Of a stretch of 64,000 nucleotides of DNA, positions 14,707 through 27,891 are shown in pieces; position 1 is the first letter of the stretch; each line of letters starts with the position of its first letter. Origin of the DNA: Octopus sinensis (Eukaryota); contig NC_043019.1 of NCBI RefSeq assembly GCF_006345805.1, positions 25,915,360 through 25,979,359 on the forward strand, in the 5' to 3' direction. The position numbers and the translations under genes were made by a program. Below the pieces are notes generated by a model. It did not search any database. It saw only the letters and a list, made by a program, of their open reading frames with translations, and was not told the origin of the DNA.

Positions 14707-15706
14707 GTTTGTATACATAGATGATGAATGAAATACATACTTGTAGATATAAAGACAGACAGACAGACAGACAGGCAGGCAGACAGGCAGACCGATAGAT
14801 AGCAGTTACTTCTTTGGGATTATCTTGTGTCTATGTATTGGCTTCCGTCCAATCATGTGTTATCGATTGCAGTTTCTTCTTCTTATCATCTTCCTACGAC
14901 TACTTTTCCACCTCTATTTCCCCTTATTACTTCCCTTTGATTCATACTCCATGTTTAACGCCTGTTGACCTGTTGCGATATGTGCTTTATTTGTTTTTCC
15001 TTTTCTTTATACATTTATATTCTTTTTTTTTTTTCCTAAATAAGTATGGAGGCCGTGATTCTATTTTTGATCTGACTGTGTACTTGGTTGAATGTTTCCA
15101 TAGGAACTTCTGTGGCATTCATCATTTCACTGTTTCCCTCCATTTTTTTTTTTTTTACCTTTTTTGCTTCTTTTATATATATCTATTTTTTGATTCGCCA
15201 TAATACTTCGTGTGTTTATTCCCCGTGAGGTGAATTCTGTAATATTTTTATTGCATTTTATTGCATTTTGCGGTTCACATTATTCTATATGTGGTCGTGT
15301 CTATTACGTTGTATTCTTTCTTTGGTAAGAGTTCACTGCAAGATGAGTTCTGTTGTAGTGATTCCATTGATTCAGTGGCAGCCTTTTCTATGAGATCGAT
15401 TGCAGAATTTTATTTTCAGTGTGAAATCCTTTCTATGATTTTTTTCTATTTCTGGTTCTTGTATTTTTTTTTTGTTTTTTGTTATAGTTTATTATAAATC
15501 TCTGTGCATTCAGTAAGATGTCTGCATTTATGTTATTTTTCTGACATCCTTTCTTTTTGTCCTCAACTCTTACCGCACCCCACACCTTTTTATAATACCT
15601 TCGTTTATTAAATATATTACTCATGTATAACAACAATTTTAAAAAATCGATGTATTGCTCATTGATCCCACCTTCTCTTTTAGCTTAGTTGTTTTGTATT
15701 TTTGTA

Positions 15707-15752
<46 letters not shown>

Positions 15753-15829
15753 GCGGATGCAGCCAATACGATGCGAGCTTTTTGATTAGAAATAAGCATT
15801 TTGAGAAAATACCGCTTCTGAGCCACGTG

Positions 15830-15833
15830 TGCT

Positions 15834-15885
<52 letters not shown>

Positions 15886-15940
15886 CAGCAGTAGTTGTAG
15901 TAGTAGCAGCAGCAGTAGTGGTAGTAGCAACAGCAGCAAC

Positions 15941-15971
<31 letters not shown>

Positions 15972-16141
15972 TAGTAATGGTAGTAGTAGTAACAGCAGCA
16001 GCAATAGCAGCAGTAGTAGTAGTTATAGTAATAGTAGGAGTACTAGTAGTAGTAGTAGTAGTGGTGGTAGTGGTGCTGGTGGTGGTGCTGGTGCTGGTGC
16101 TGGTGCTGGTGCTGGTGCTGGTGCTGGTGGTGATCGTCGTG

Positions 16142-16185
<44 letters not shown>

Positions 16186-16190
16186 CGTCA
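15830..16190. repeat. (AGT)n/(AGC)n/(GGTGCT)n trinucleotide microsatellite
   Basis: Directly visible. Confidence 0.95.
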
Positions 16191-16772
16191 CTGCTGTCTC
16201 GCCACATCAAAATATGTTTTGCTATTATAAAGGATAATGTTTCTTTATGGAAGTCACAGACGGACATCCTCTTCTAAAAAAAACCTGGTCTCTACCTACA
16301 GTACATGATTTAATCAAAGCAAAACGGTGGTTACTAAAGTTTTAGGCCAATGTTATTTATTCTTCATGTTGTCAACTCACAGACAAACGGCTACGAAAAT
16401 TCCGAAACACATTCCCAAAACAATTCGGCAACAGAAAAACAAAAAAAAACAAAAAACTCAAAACAATGGGACTTTAATTACGTCGCAAAATAATAATAAC
16501 GTTTTGATTTGATTTTTTGATTTTTCCAGTTTCAGCTTATGAGCTGTGGCCATGCTGGGGCACCGCCATTTTGAATATGAACAAAAAAAATGCAACAAAA
16601 TATTAAACCAATAGCAATATAACAGACATAGTTTCGAATTTTAAATTCCAGTCACAACAACACCGATATATGGGTGCATGTGTGAGTGTGTGTGCATGTG
16701 TGTGTGTCTGTGTGTGTGTCTGTGTGTGTGTGTGTGTGTGTGTATGTGTCTGTCTGTGCGCATGTGTATACA

Positions 16773-16808
<36 letters not shown>

Positions 16809-17086
16809 TTTGTACATACATACGCATTTTCGTATGTATATATAAATAAATTATTACATGTGTATATACGTGTGGATGGGTGTGCATGTGAGCATGTGTA
16901 CGTGTGCGTGTGTGTGTATGTGTGTATGTGTGCACTCGTGTGTATACCTATATATATATATATATATATACATACATACATATATATATGTACTTATATA
17001 TGCATGTTTGTATGTGTGTACGTGTGAGTTGTGTGTGTATGTACATATATATGCATGTTTGTATACGTATGTATATATATATATAT

Positions 17087-17125
<39 letters not shown>

Positions 17126-17186
17126 CATAGATAAATTATTATATGTGTATATATGTATGCATGTGTGTATTTGTGTGTGTGTACGT

Positions 17187-17230
<44 letters not shown>

Positions 17231-17363
17231 AAAAGGTTAAAAGGCTTCACACGCGTAAATTTACATTGAAGAAAATAGAAGGAAAATGCTTTGAGAAAAT
17301 ATTTTGTTTTTGTAATGAAAAAGAAAGCTAATACACATATACGTGCACAAGCACACGTACACA

Positions 17364-17399
<36 letters not shown>

Positions 17400-17699
17400 T
17401 CATACGTGTGTGCAGACATACTTACACACTCACACACACACACATACATACACATACACACACATACATACACACACACACACATACACACACAAACAGT
17501 GTTTACCAAACGAAAACATTTCCGCTATTTTAGATGCCATTGTTGTTATCTTCGCTGGCGAAGTATAAGACAAAGAATATTTGCATGGAAATGTTTTCGG
17601 GGGGGGGGGAAGAATCAATGAAATTTAGGTGAGGAATTTTGAGAAGAACTTCGTTTCACTCCCTGGTGGCTACATACACACTACAAGCAAAGAAAAGCA

Positions 17700-18300
17700 T
17701 CGTTTATGCCTATTTTCTGGAAAGGAAAAAAAAAACACGGTGCGAGTTCTTCTATGTGACCTGGTGGAATCTTAAGCATATAAGTTTTGATGTCATACAA
17801 AGGGCATAGAGTAATTTCAAGACCTGTGGCGCTCGAAGGTGTCGGAGGAAAGGTCATGTAACTGATGACGGAAGACCGAAGACCTAGCTGTTATATATGT
17901 AGCAGAAAAGATCATCTGAGTGTTTTCTGTGCAGAATATTTGGGGACAATTTTAAAAAAAAAACAACCAAAACGACAGCAACCGGAAGGGCTGAGGACAA
18001 GCATTTTCCTCCTCAACAAGGCCCCTCATCAACTTCTTCAGGTTCCGCTTGGAAAAGAAAGTGAGGGTAGAGAGAGCAGTGCTGTCTCCTAATATATTGA
18101 ATGAAAGTGAGAGGTGGGGTAAATGGAGCGAGAATAGCTTGAGTAAATAGACTTACTCTAAGTATGCACCTGTGCGCTGGAATTTACATAGGAGAGAGGA
18201 GTATTTTCCATGGGGCACCTGCTGAACAAAGTGACTCGGAGTCTGTGGGGTCCCTTATAGTCTCCCCTGGGCGGTATTCCCATCCACCCACCAACTGAGG
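17700..18300 (+). mobile_element. Possible L1/Tx1-type ORF1 fragment with CCHC zinc knuckle
   Basis: CYICSRKDHLSVFC (C-x2-C-x4-H-x4-C) in a decayed frame; L1/Tx1 ORF2 remnants occur elsewhere in the window. Confidence 0.5.
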
Positions 18301-18689
18301 AATTTTATTGTGATAACTTTATTGTTGATTGTTATTATTTTATTAAAAAAAACAAAAAATCTAGTTCTATCCCTCGATTTCGGTGCCTGTGTATATTTAT
18401 TCAAGTAGTTTCACTTTAGGGTCCCATAAGAGCGTGAGGCGTTACGTATAGCAATAGCCCTAGATATAATAATCTTTTACTCTTTTACTTGTTTCAGTCA
18501 TTTGACTGCGGCCATGCTGGAGCACCGCCTTTAGTCGAGCAAATCGACCCCGGGACTTATTCTTTGTAAGCCCAGTACTTATTCTATCGGTCTCTTTTTG
18601 CCGAACCGCTAAGTGACGGGGACGTAAACACACCAGCATCGGTTGTCAAGCAATGCTAGGGGGACAAACACAGACACACAAACACACAA

Positions 18690-18747
<58 letters not shown>

Positions 18748-19403
18748 AATAATGAAGGGTGAAATTAATTAATTTGGAAAAATTATCAATTACACCAAGT
18801 AGTCTTCGGCATGTAAAAGCCTCATTCGAGGAAAATTTAAGTAATACTAAGCAATAAGGGTTTAGCAACGAGTTGCCTTACCACATACGAATTTAGAAAC
18901 AGCAGTCAAAGGGTTATAGCTATTTCTTCTACCAAAAAGGGAGATCTCAGTAAAACAGCATTTGAAGGCAGACACAAACAGGTAAGAGAGAATGAATTGA
19001 CTGCAATCTATCATACATTTTTTAGTATCCACGGACGTACGTTTCGAAATCAAGTTTTAAGGAAAGCATAAGAACTAAATATTAAATATTAAATAATAAA
19101 TAATTCTATCTTACCGAAACTTCTTTTCTCTTCAGCGTAGAATACTATAATCATAAATGATTATATATTGAATTTTGAGATACCAGAAGGCACCACTCCA
19201 CTCAGTATCAGAGCGAGCTAGAATCCTTAACTGGTATCACCGAATTCAATTGTGAATGAAACGATTGTGTCAACAGCCCTTCCCACCCGCGTGTAGCCCA
19301 AAACAAGATGTTGTGGTCATCTACTGAGATAAAAATATGGTTATCCGTAATAATGAAGGGTGAAATTAATTAATTTGGAAAAATTATCAATTACACCAAG
19401 TAG

Positions 19404-19503
19404 NNNNNNNNNNNNNNNNNNNNNNNNNNNNNNNNNNNNNNNNNNNNNNNNNNNNNNNNNNNNNNNNNNNNNNNNNNNNNNNNNNNNNNNNNNNNNNNNN
19501 NNN
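19404..19503. other. Assembly gap (100 N, true size unknown)
   Basis: Run of exactly 100 N; the 60 bp before it duplicates 18742-18803, suggesting a repeat-caused break. Confidence 0.99.
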
Positions 19504-19995
19504 ATCATTATTATTTACTCTTAATCTCAATGTTTGTTACAATCATTCTGAGTTCAAATTCCGCCGAGGTTGACTTTGTCTTTCATCCTTTCGAGGTCGA
19601 CAAGTTAAGTGCCAGTTGCGTACTGGGGTCGATCAAATCAACCAAAAATTTCGGGCCTGGTGCCTAGAATAGAAAAGAAATGCATGATTGGATGTTGGTA
19701 CTGCATCAGGGCATTCATCATTATCATTATCGTTATTATTATTAAGTAGTTTTATTTTTATAGCGCGCTTTCACTTCACTACCGAGCGCAGCTCTGTGTG
19801 TCTTGGGTATGTGCTGTGGTTTGCTGTGATGCTCTTATGGTTACTGTATTGAAAGTGTTTTGCATAGGATGTGTGCAGAGCTTCGTAGAGCAATTTCCTG
19901 TATGTTATATATATAAGTACTGGTGTTTTTGTTATGTATTTGTCTGAATATTTTTCATCGTTTATATTTTATCGTATTTCATTTTTATTTATTAT

Positions 19996-20066
<71 letters not shown>

Positions 20067-20091
20067 GTGTTGTTGTTCTGGTCGATTTCAG

Positions 20092-20232
20092 ATTGTCTTG
20101 ATCAAAATGAACATTGTCCTTATTGGGCCAATAACGGTGAATGTGACAAGAGCCAGAAATACATGTATTACAACTGTAAGAAATCTTGTCAGTCGTGTGA
20201 CTCCCCGCCTCCCAATCCAGAAGTAATGGAAT
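20092..20232 (+). CDS. Gene A ShKT exon 1 (CLDQNEHCPYWANNGECDKSQKYMYYNCKKSCQSC + DSPPPNPEVME linker)
   Basis: GATTTCAG acceptor, GTAAGT donor, 141 nt, phase 1-1, open frame, six Cys in ShKT spacing C-x6-C-x8-C-x10-C-x3-C-x2-C. Confidence 0.92.
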
Positions 20233-21103
20233 GTAAGTTTATCTTTGGCTTCTTCTACCCCCATCTTATTAAACTCTCCTGCTCCACCCGTTTTCTACTG
20301 TTGTTTTTAGCTTTTTTGTTTCTTTGAAAAGTATCGACATATTTATGAACAAAACACCCTCCAAATATTTCATAGCAAAAGGAATTTTACAAATGGCCTT
20401 TGGGATTGGTGTTGATTTGGGAATCGTGAGTAGAGTACTCGGAGTTTCTCTGAAGCAACGGCTATGAAGTTATTCATCATTCTCTAAAATGTGTGTGTAT
20501 AGGTGTGTCTGTGCAAAAGTTGAATAGCAAAAAACCTTTTTTCTTTCGTACTATTCTTCCAAAAACAAATCTCGAAATTACGCCCTCAGGGAGAATACAA
20601 CAGGTGTAAAACCACACAGGTATTCTATTTTTAATATGATATGAACGTTGATATGGGGCAGAGCTGGCAGAATCGTTAGCACGCCGGGCGAAATGCGTAG
20701 CCGTATTTCGTCTGCCGTTACGTTCTGAGTTCAAATTCCGCCGAGGTCGATTTTGACTTTCATCCTTTCGAGGTCGATTAAATAAGTACCAGTTACGCAC
20801 TGGGGACGATGTAATCGACTCAATCCGTGTGTCTGTCCTTGTTTGTCCCTTCTGTGTTTAGCCCCTTGTGGGTAGTAAATAAACAGGTATTTCGTCTATT
20901 TTCACCTTTTCAATTCAAATTTTGCCGGGGTTCATGTTGCTTTCATCCATTCAGCGTCGTCAAAGTAACTACCAATTGAATTCTCGTGTCGATGTAATTG
21001 TTGTTGTATTTGCTGCTGTTGTTATTTCTGTCGTCATCGTTGTTGTTGTTGTTGTTGTTGTTATCAATATTATTGTTATTGCTGTTGTTCTGGTCGATTT
21101 CAG

Positions 21104-21244
21104 ATTGTCCTGATCAAAATGAACATTGTCCTTATTGGGCCGATAACGGTGAATGTGACAAGAGCCCTAAATACATGTATTACAACTGTAAGAAATCTTG
21201 TCAATTGTGTGACTCCCCGCCTCCCAATCCAGAAGTAATGGAAA
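21104..21244 (+). CDS. Gene A ShKT exon 2 (CPDQNEHCPYWADNGECDKSPKYMYYNCKKSCQLC + linker)
   Basis: GATTTCAG acceptor, GTAAGT donor, 141 nt, phase 1-1, intact ShKT cysteine pattern. Confidence 0.92.
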
Positions 21245-21959
21245 GTAAGTTTATCTTTGGCTACTTCTACTTGGTTGACAGTCACATTTCTTGCTCCACC
21301 CGCTTTCTACTTTTCTTTCTTTTTTGAAAAGTAACGAGATATTTATAAACAAAATGTAATAGTGACACCCTCCAAATATTTCATAACGAAGGGAATTTTA
21401 CAAATGGCCGTTGGGATTGGCCTTGGTTTGGTAATGGTGGGTAGATTACTCGGAGTTCCTCGCAAGCAGTGGGTGTTAAGCTTTTCATCATTCTCCAAAA
21501 TGTGTGTGTTTTTTCGCGCAACTTGAATAGAAAATATCCCGTTTTCTTTCGTTATCCCCTTACAAAAACAAATTTTGAAATTACGCCCTCGGGGAGAATC
21601 CAACAGGTGTAAAACCACACAGGTATTTTCTCTTTAATATAATATGAATGATGAAATGGCACCGAGCCGGCAGTATCGTCAAAACACAGGGAGAAATGCT
21701 TAACAGCATTTCGTTTGTTTTTACCTTTTCAATTCCAATTTTGCCGAGGTTCATGTTGCTTTCTTCCATTCGGCGTCGTCAAAGGAACTATCAATTGAAT
21801 TCTCGTGTCGATGTAATTGACTTATCCCAACCATCGAAATTATGTGCCTTGTGTTAAATTTGAAACCATGCGCGGCGGACTTACATGCGGAGCAGTTTGC
21901 ATGCATCGGGGGCTGGCATGCGTAGCGTTTTGCAACATGCAGCATACAGCGCCATGCCA

Positions 21960-22400
21960 TTTGTTCTTTCCAGATATCTAATATTTTCCTGATTATTCTG
22001 GCTGTTCCAATTAGTCAAACCTCTTGTACAATTTCTACTGGGTACCCTATTCTGATTTTCTTCAAATTCCCCTTGATTCCTTCTGTTGCTTTCAACAATA
22101 ACTGGCACTATCTTCACCTTCTTGCTTTACTATAACCAAGCTATTTCCTACATAAAATGATTGTATATAGATGTAATTTTTCGCCTTCTTTCTTCACTAT
22201 TTTTATGTCAAATTAGAAGACAACATCAACTATATATCACATGTGGTGCTTCTTGTCCACCACAATTATGTCCCTTCTTTATTGCACTTGCACCTGATCT
22301 GTTTGGAATGGAAGATTCAGAGGTTTTTGCAGGATTCACACTCCACCACTCTCTGAGGCTTGGTTTCATACCACGTCTTGTCTCTCTCTAACACCCACAC
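21960..22400 (-). mobile_element. R4/Dong-like LINE 3' (REL endonuclease) fragment; homologous copies at 25955-26405 and 60350-60785
   Basis: Minus-strand VKIVPVIV...IGTARIIRK-type C-terminus; three copies share the same breakpoints and the preceding GCATGC/TGCAGCC tract. Confidence 0.7.
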
Positions 22401-22423
22401 TATTATCATTATAATTATTAACC

Positions 22424-22460
<37 letters not shown>

Positions 22461-22463
22461 TAC

Positions 22464-22503
<40 letters not shown>

Positions 22504-22993
22504 GGCGCAGGAATGGCTGTGTGGTAAGTAGCTTGCTTACCGACATCATGGTTTCGGGTTCAGTCCCACTGCGTGGCACCTTGGGCAAGTGTCTTCTACT
22601 ATAGCCTCTGGCCGACCGATGCCTTGTGAGTGGATTTGGTAGATGGAAACTGAAAGAAGCTCGTCGTATATATTTATGTATGTGCGTTTATATGTTTGTG
22701 TGTCTGTGTTCGTCCCCCCAACGTTGCCTGACAACCGATGTTGGTGTGTTTACGTCCCCGTAACTTCGCGGTTCGGCAGAAGAAACCGATAGAATTAGTA
22801 CTAAGCTTACTAAGAATAAGTCCTGGTGTCGATTTGCACGACTACAGGCGGTGCTCCAGCATGGCTGATGTCAAATAACTGAAACATGTGAAAGAGTAAA
22901 AGAGTAAAGAGTTATTATTATTAGTGTTGCTGTTGTTCTTGTTCCTGTTGTTATCAATATTATTGTTATTGCTGTTTTTCTGGTCGATTTCAG

Positions 22994-23134
22994 ATTGTCC
23001 TGATCAAAATGAACATTGTCCTTATTGGGCCAATACCGGGGAATGTGGCGAGAACCCTAAATACATGTATTACAACTGTAAGAAATCTTGCCAGTTGTGT
23101 GACTCCCCGCCTCCGAATCCAGAAGTAATGGAAA
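22994..23134 (+). CDS. Gene A ShKT exon 3 (CPDQNEHCPYWANTGECGENPKYMYYNCKKSCQLC + linker)
   Basis: GATTTCAG acceptor, GTAAGT donor, 141 nt, phase 1-1, intact ShKT pattern. Confidence 0.92.
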
Positions 23135-23409
23135 GTAAGTTTATCTTTGGCTATTTCTACCCGGTTGACAGTCACTTTTCCTTACTCCTGATCGGCATGT
23201 TTGTTACAATCATTCTGAGTTCAAAATTCCGCCGAGGTTGACTTTGACTTTGATTCTTTTGGAGTCGATAAATTAAGTACCAGATGCTTTCTGGGATCGA
23301 TCTAATAGACAGGGCAACCTCCGCAAAGATTTATGGCTTTATGCCAGGAATAGCAAAAAAATGTATGATTAAATAACAGGGCATTTAACATTTAGCTTTA
23401 TTATTATTT

Positions 23410-23965
23410 AGTGAGAGAGCAGTGCATGCCATCAAAGTGACACTGGGGTAAAATATACGAATTCCATTATACCCATCATGACTACCCGTCTGATAAGGGT
23501 ACACTAGCCACATACATCACAAACATAAGCGCGCGACATGATGACCTCATATCAAGATTAACAGCACATGACCTTGCAGGTGGGGCCCAGTTAGAATTTT
23601 ATTCTGGTCGTGTAACGCATCCCACTCAAAAGGTCGCTGAATAAGGCTTGTTTAAGAATGTTGAACGAAACACCCGTGTTTCCAGAGGTGAATTATTCAA
23701 ACCCCAAAGAATCCCTCCCAACACATGGCTATGATGCTCCCCCACTACTTCTGCTCGGGATCAGAGATGCACATATCTTCAGCCACTAAGGGACATGATC
23801 CGCTGGTTAAGGTCAAACAACTGACAAGAAAATCTGTGGTATTGAGCAGAATATTTGCTGTAGCCCATCTTTTCTACCAAGACAAAACAATGTACATGAT
23901 AACACTTGCAATCAGTTAAGATCAGAAGCCATGAGGGCCACTGCCTGGTACTGCATCAGGGCATT
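23410..23965 (-). mobile_element. About 560-bp non-autonomous repeat embedded in (AAT)n; other copies 24210-24626 (opposite orientation), 26808-27330, 53075-53520, 61055-61575, 61580-62042, 63053-63610
   Basis: Near-identical non-coding copies (GAGTGAGAGAGCAGTGCATGCCATCAAAGTGACAC...CTGCATCAGGGCATTT), typically flanked by ATT/AAT repeats. Confidence 0.85.
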
Positions 23966-23987
23966 TATTATTATTATTATATTATTA

Positions 23988-24041
<54 letters not shown>

Positions 24042-24077
24042 CATTATTATATTATTATTATTATCATTATCATTATT

Positions 24078-24120
<43 letters not shown>

Positions 24121-24136
24121 TATTATTATTATTATT

Positions 24137-24173
<37 letters not shown>

Positions 24174-24831
24174 TAATAATAATATAATAATAATAATATA
24201 ATAATAATAGTCAGTTGTTTGACCTTAACGAGTTGACTATGTCCCTTAGTGGCTGACGATATGTGCATCTCTGATCACGAGCAGAAGTAGTGGGGGAGCA
24301 TCATAGCCATGTGTTGAGAGGGATTCTTTGGGGTTTGAATAATTCACCTCTGGAAACATGGGTGGTTCTTTCAACATCCTTAAACAACCCTTATTCAGGG
24401 ACCTTTTGAGCGGGATGGGCTACTCAACCTGAAGAAAATTCTTACTGGGCCCCACCTGCAAGGTCATGTGCTGTTTATCTTGATATGAGATCACCATGTC
24501 GCGCACATATGGTTGTGATGCATGTGCCTGCTGTACCCTTATCAGACGGGTAGTCATGATGGATATATTGGGCTTCGTATATTTTACCCCAGTGTCACTT
24601 TGGTGGCATGAACTGCTCTCTCACTCAATAATAATAATAATAATAATATTATCATTATTATTATTATTATTCATGTTGCTGTAGTTATTATTGGCAGTGA
24701 TAGTGGTGGTGGTGTTGCTATTGTTGCTGTTGTTACTGTAGTGCTTGGTGTTGTTGTTGTTGTTCCTGTTCTTGTTGTTGTTGTTGTTGTTGTCAATATC
24801 ATTGTTAATCTGTTGTTCTGGTCGATTTCAG

Positions 24832-24972
24832 ATTGTCCTGATCAAAAGGAACATTGTCCTCGTTGGGCCGGTAACGGGAAGTGTGACATGAGCCCTAAAT
24901 ACATGTATTATCACTGTAAGAAATCTTGTCAATTGTGTGACTCCCCGCCTCCGAATCCAGAAGTAAAGGAAA
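24832..24972 (+). CDS. Gene A ShKT exon 4 (CPDQKEHCPRWAGNGKCDMSPKYMYYHCKKSCQLC + linker)
   Basis: GATTTCAG acceptor, GTAAGT donor, 141 nt, phase 1-1, intact ShKT pattern. Confidence 0.92.
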
Positions 24973-25456
24973 GTAAGTTTACCTTTGGTTTCCTCTACCC
25001 GATTGTCAGTCACATTTCTTGCTCCACCCGCTTTCCACTGTTGTTTCTTTTGAAAAGTAACGACATATTTATAAACAAAATGTAATAGTGACACCCTCCA
25101 AATATTTCATAGCGAAGGGAATTTTACAAATGGCTGTTGTGATTGGTCTTGATTTGGTAATGGGGAGTAGATTATTCCGAATTTCTCGCAAGCCACATCT
25201 GTGAAGCTATTCATCACTCACTAAAATGTGTGTGCATGGGTATGTCTGTAAAAGTTGAATAGCAAATATCCCGTTTTCTTTCGTTGTCCACTTCCGAAAA
25301 CAAATCTCGAAATTACGCCCTCACAGAGAATCCCACTGGTGTCAAGCCACACAGAAATTCTCTCTTTAATACGATATGAACGATGATATGGCACCGAGCC
25401 GGCAGTATCGTCAACACACAGGGAGAAATGCTTAACGGTATTGCTTCTATTTTAAG

Positions 25457-25686
25457 GAGGCGAGTTGGCAGAAGCGTTAGCACGCCGGGCGGAATGCGTA
25501 GCCGTATTTCGTCTGCCATTACGTTCTGAGTTCAAATTCCGCCGAGGTCGACTTTGCCTTTCATCCTTTCGAGGTCGATTAAATAAGTACCAGTTACGCA
25601 CTGGGGTCGATATAATCGACTTAATTCGTTTGTCTGTCTTTGTTTGTCATCTATGTGTTTAGCCCCTTGTGGGTAGTAAAGAAATA
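25457..25686 (+). mobile_element. tRNA-derived SINE family 2 (tail GTGGGTAGTAAAGAAATA) with about 17-bp TSD; other copies 20656-20885, 29587-29809, 48533-48765, 51298-51528, 59302-59534
   Basis: Head AGGCGGCGAGCTGGCAG, B-box-like GAGTTCAAATTCC; GGTATTGCTTCTATTTT duplicated on both sides. Confidence 0.85.
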
Positions 25687-26430
25687 GGTATTGCTTCTAT
25701 TTTCACCTTTTCAATTCCAATTTTGCCGAGGTTCAAGTTGCTTTCATCCATTCGGCGTCGTCAAAGTAACTACCAATTGAATTCTCGTGTCGATGTAATT
25801 GATTTAACCCAAGGATCGGAATTATGGGCGTTGTGCTAAAATTTGAAACCATGCGCGGCGGACTTACATGTGTAGCGGTTTGCATGCATTCCGGGCTGGC
25901 ATGCGTAGCGGTTTGCAGCCTGCAGCCTGCAGCCTGCAGCCTACGGTGCCATACCATTTGTTCTCCTCAACTATCTAATACTTTCCTGATTATTCTGGCC
26001 GTTCCAATTAGTCAAACCTCTTGTAAAATTTCTACTGGGTACAATATTCCGATTTTCTTCATATTCCCCTTGATACCTCCAGTTACTGTCAACAAGGACC
26101 CAACAATAACTGGTACTATCTTCAGCTTCTTCATTTTCTATAACCAAGTTACTTCGTACATAGGAGGATTGTATATATCTACTTTTTCGCCTTCTTTCTT
26201 CACTATTCTTAAGTCAAAGTGGAATGCAACATCAACAATAGAGCACATGTTGTGCATCTTGCCCACCATCATTATGTCCCTTCTGTAATGCACTTACACA
26301 TGATCTGTTTGGAATGAGAAATTCCAGGATATTTGGCAGCTCTCCGACTCGGCCACTCTCTGAGATTTAGTCTCATTCCACATCTTGTGTATCTCTAGCA
26401 CCCACACTGTTATCATTACAATAATTATCC

Positions 26431-26511
<81 letters not shown>

Positions 26512-26736
26512 CATCATCATCATCATTATTATTATTATTATTATTATTTACTTTTAATCAGCATGTTTGTTACAATCATTCTGCGTTCAAATTCAGTCGA
26601 TGTCAACCTTGCCTTTCATCGATAAATTAATTACCACTTGCGTACTAGGGTCAATCTAATCGACATGGCCCCTCCCCCAAAATTTCAGGCCTTATGCTTA
26701 GATTAGAAAAAAAATGTATGATTGAACGTTGGTACC

Positions 26737-26794
<58 letters not shown>

Positions 26795-27349
26795 CATTGT
26801 TTTTGAGTGAGACAGTAGTGCATGCCATCAAAGTGACATTGGAGTAAAATATACGAAGCCCAGTGTACTCATCATAACTACCTGTCTGATTAGGGTACAC
26901 TAGGCGCATGCATCACAACCATGTGTGCGTGACATGGTGATCACATATCAAGATAGATAGAGCATGACCTTGCAGGTGGAGCCCAGTGTGAATTTTCTTC
27001 TGGTCGAGTAACCAATCCCGCTCAAAAGGTCGCTGAATAAGGGTTGTTTAAGGATGTTGAAAGAACCACCCATGTTTCCAAAGGCGAATTATTAAAACCT
27101 CCAAGAATTCCTTTCAATACACGGCTATGATGCTCTCCCACTACTTCTGCTTGTGATCAGAGATGCACATATCGTCAGTCACTAAGGGACATGCTCAACT
27201 GGTTATGGACAAACAACTAACAAGCAAATCTATGGTATTGAGGAGAATATTTACTGTATGTGATAACACTTCCAATCAGTTAAAATCAGAAGCCATGAGA
27301 GCCACTGTCTGGTACTGCATCAGGGCCATTAGTATTATTATTATTATTA

Positions 27350-27400
<51 letters not shown>

Positions 27401-27415
27401 CATTATTATTATTAC

Positions 27416-27463
<48 letters not shown>

Positions 27464-27489
27464 CATCATCATCGTCGTCATCATCATCA

Positions 27490-27544
<55 letters not shown>

Positions 27545-27621
27545 CATTATCATCATTATAATTATTATTATTATTATCAGTATTATTATTATTATTATTG
27601 AGTGAGAGAGCAGTTCATGCC

Positions 27622-27666
<45 letters not shown>

Positions 27667-27706
27667 CATTACCATAAACATTATCATTATCATTATCATT
27701 ATCATT

Positions 27707-27745
<39 letters not shown>

Positions 27746-27751
27746 TACATG

Positions 27752-27821
<70 letters not shown>

Positions 27822-27891
27822 TTGTTGTTGTTATTATAACTATTATTGTTAGCAATATTATTGTTATTGCTGTTATTGTTGTCGATTTCAG

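Noticed and set aside
17534-17628. TTTTAG|ATGCC…TTTAG|GTGAGG segment as a possible 5' exon of gene A
   Set aside because: No similarity to gene B exon 1 or 2, no signal-peptide character, and stops or a poly-G run in the useful frames.
18940-18990. CAG|GTAAGA donor upstream of the gap
   Set aside because: Lies within repeat-like sequence duplicated at the gap edge, with no upstream ATG-hydrophobic frame.
20223-20228. Alternative GTAATG/GTAAAG/GTAATT donors 10 nt upstream of the chosen donors in gene A exons
   Set aside because: Phase 0, which would frameshift onto the phase-1 acceptors; the downstream GTAAGT is a better consensus and gives 141 nt in all five exons.
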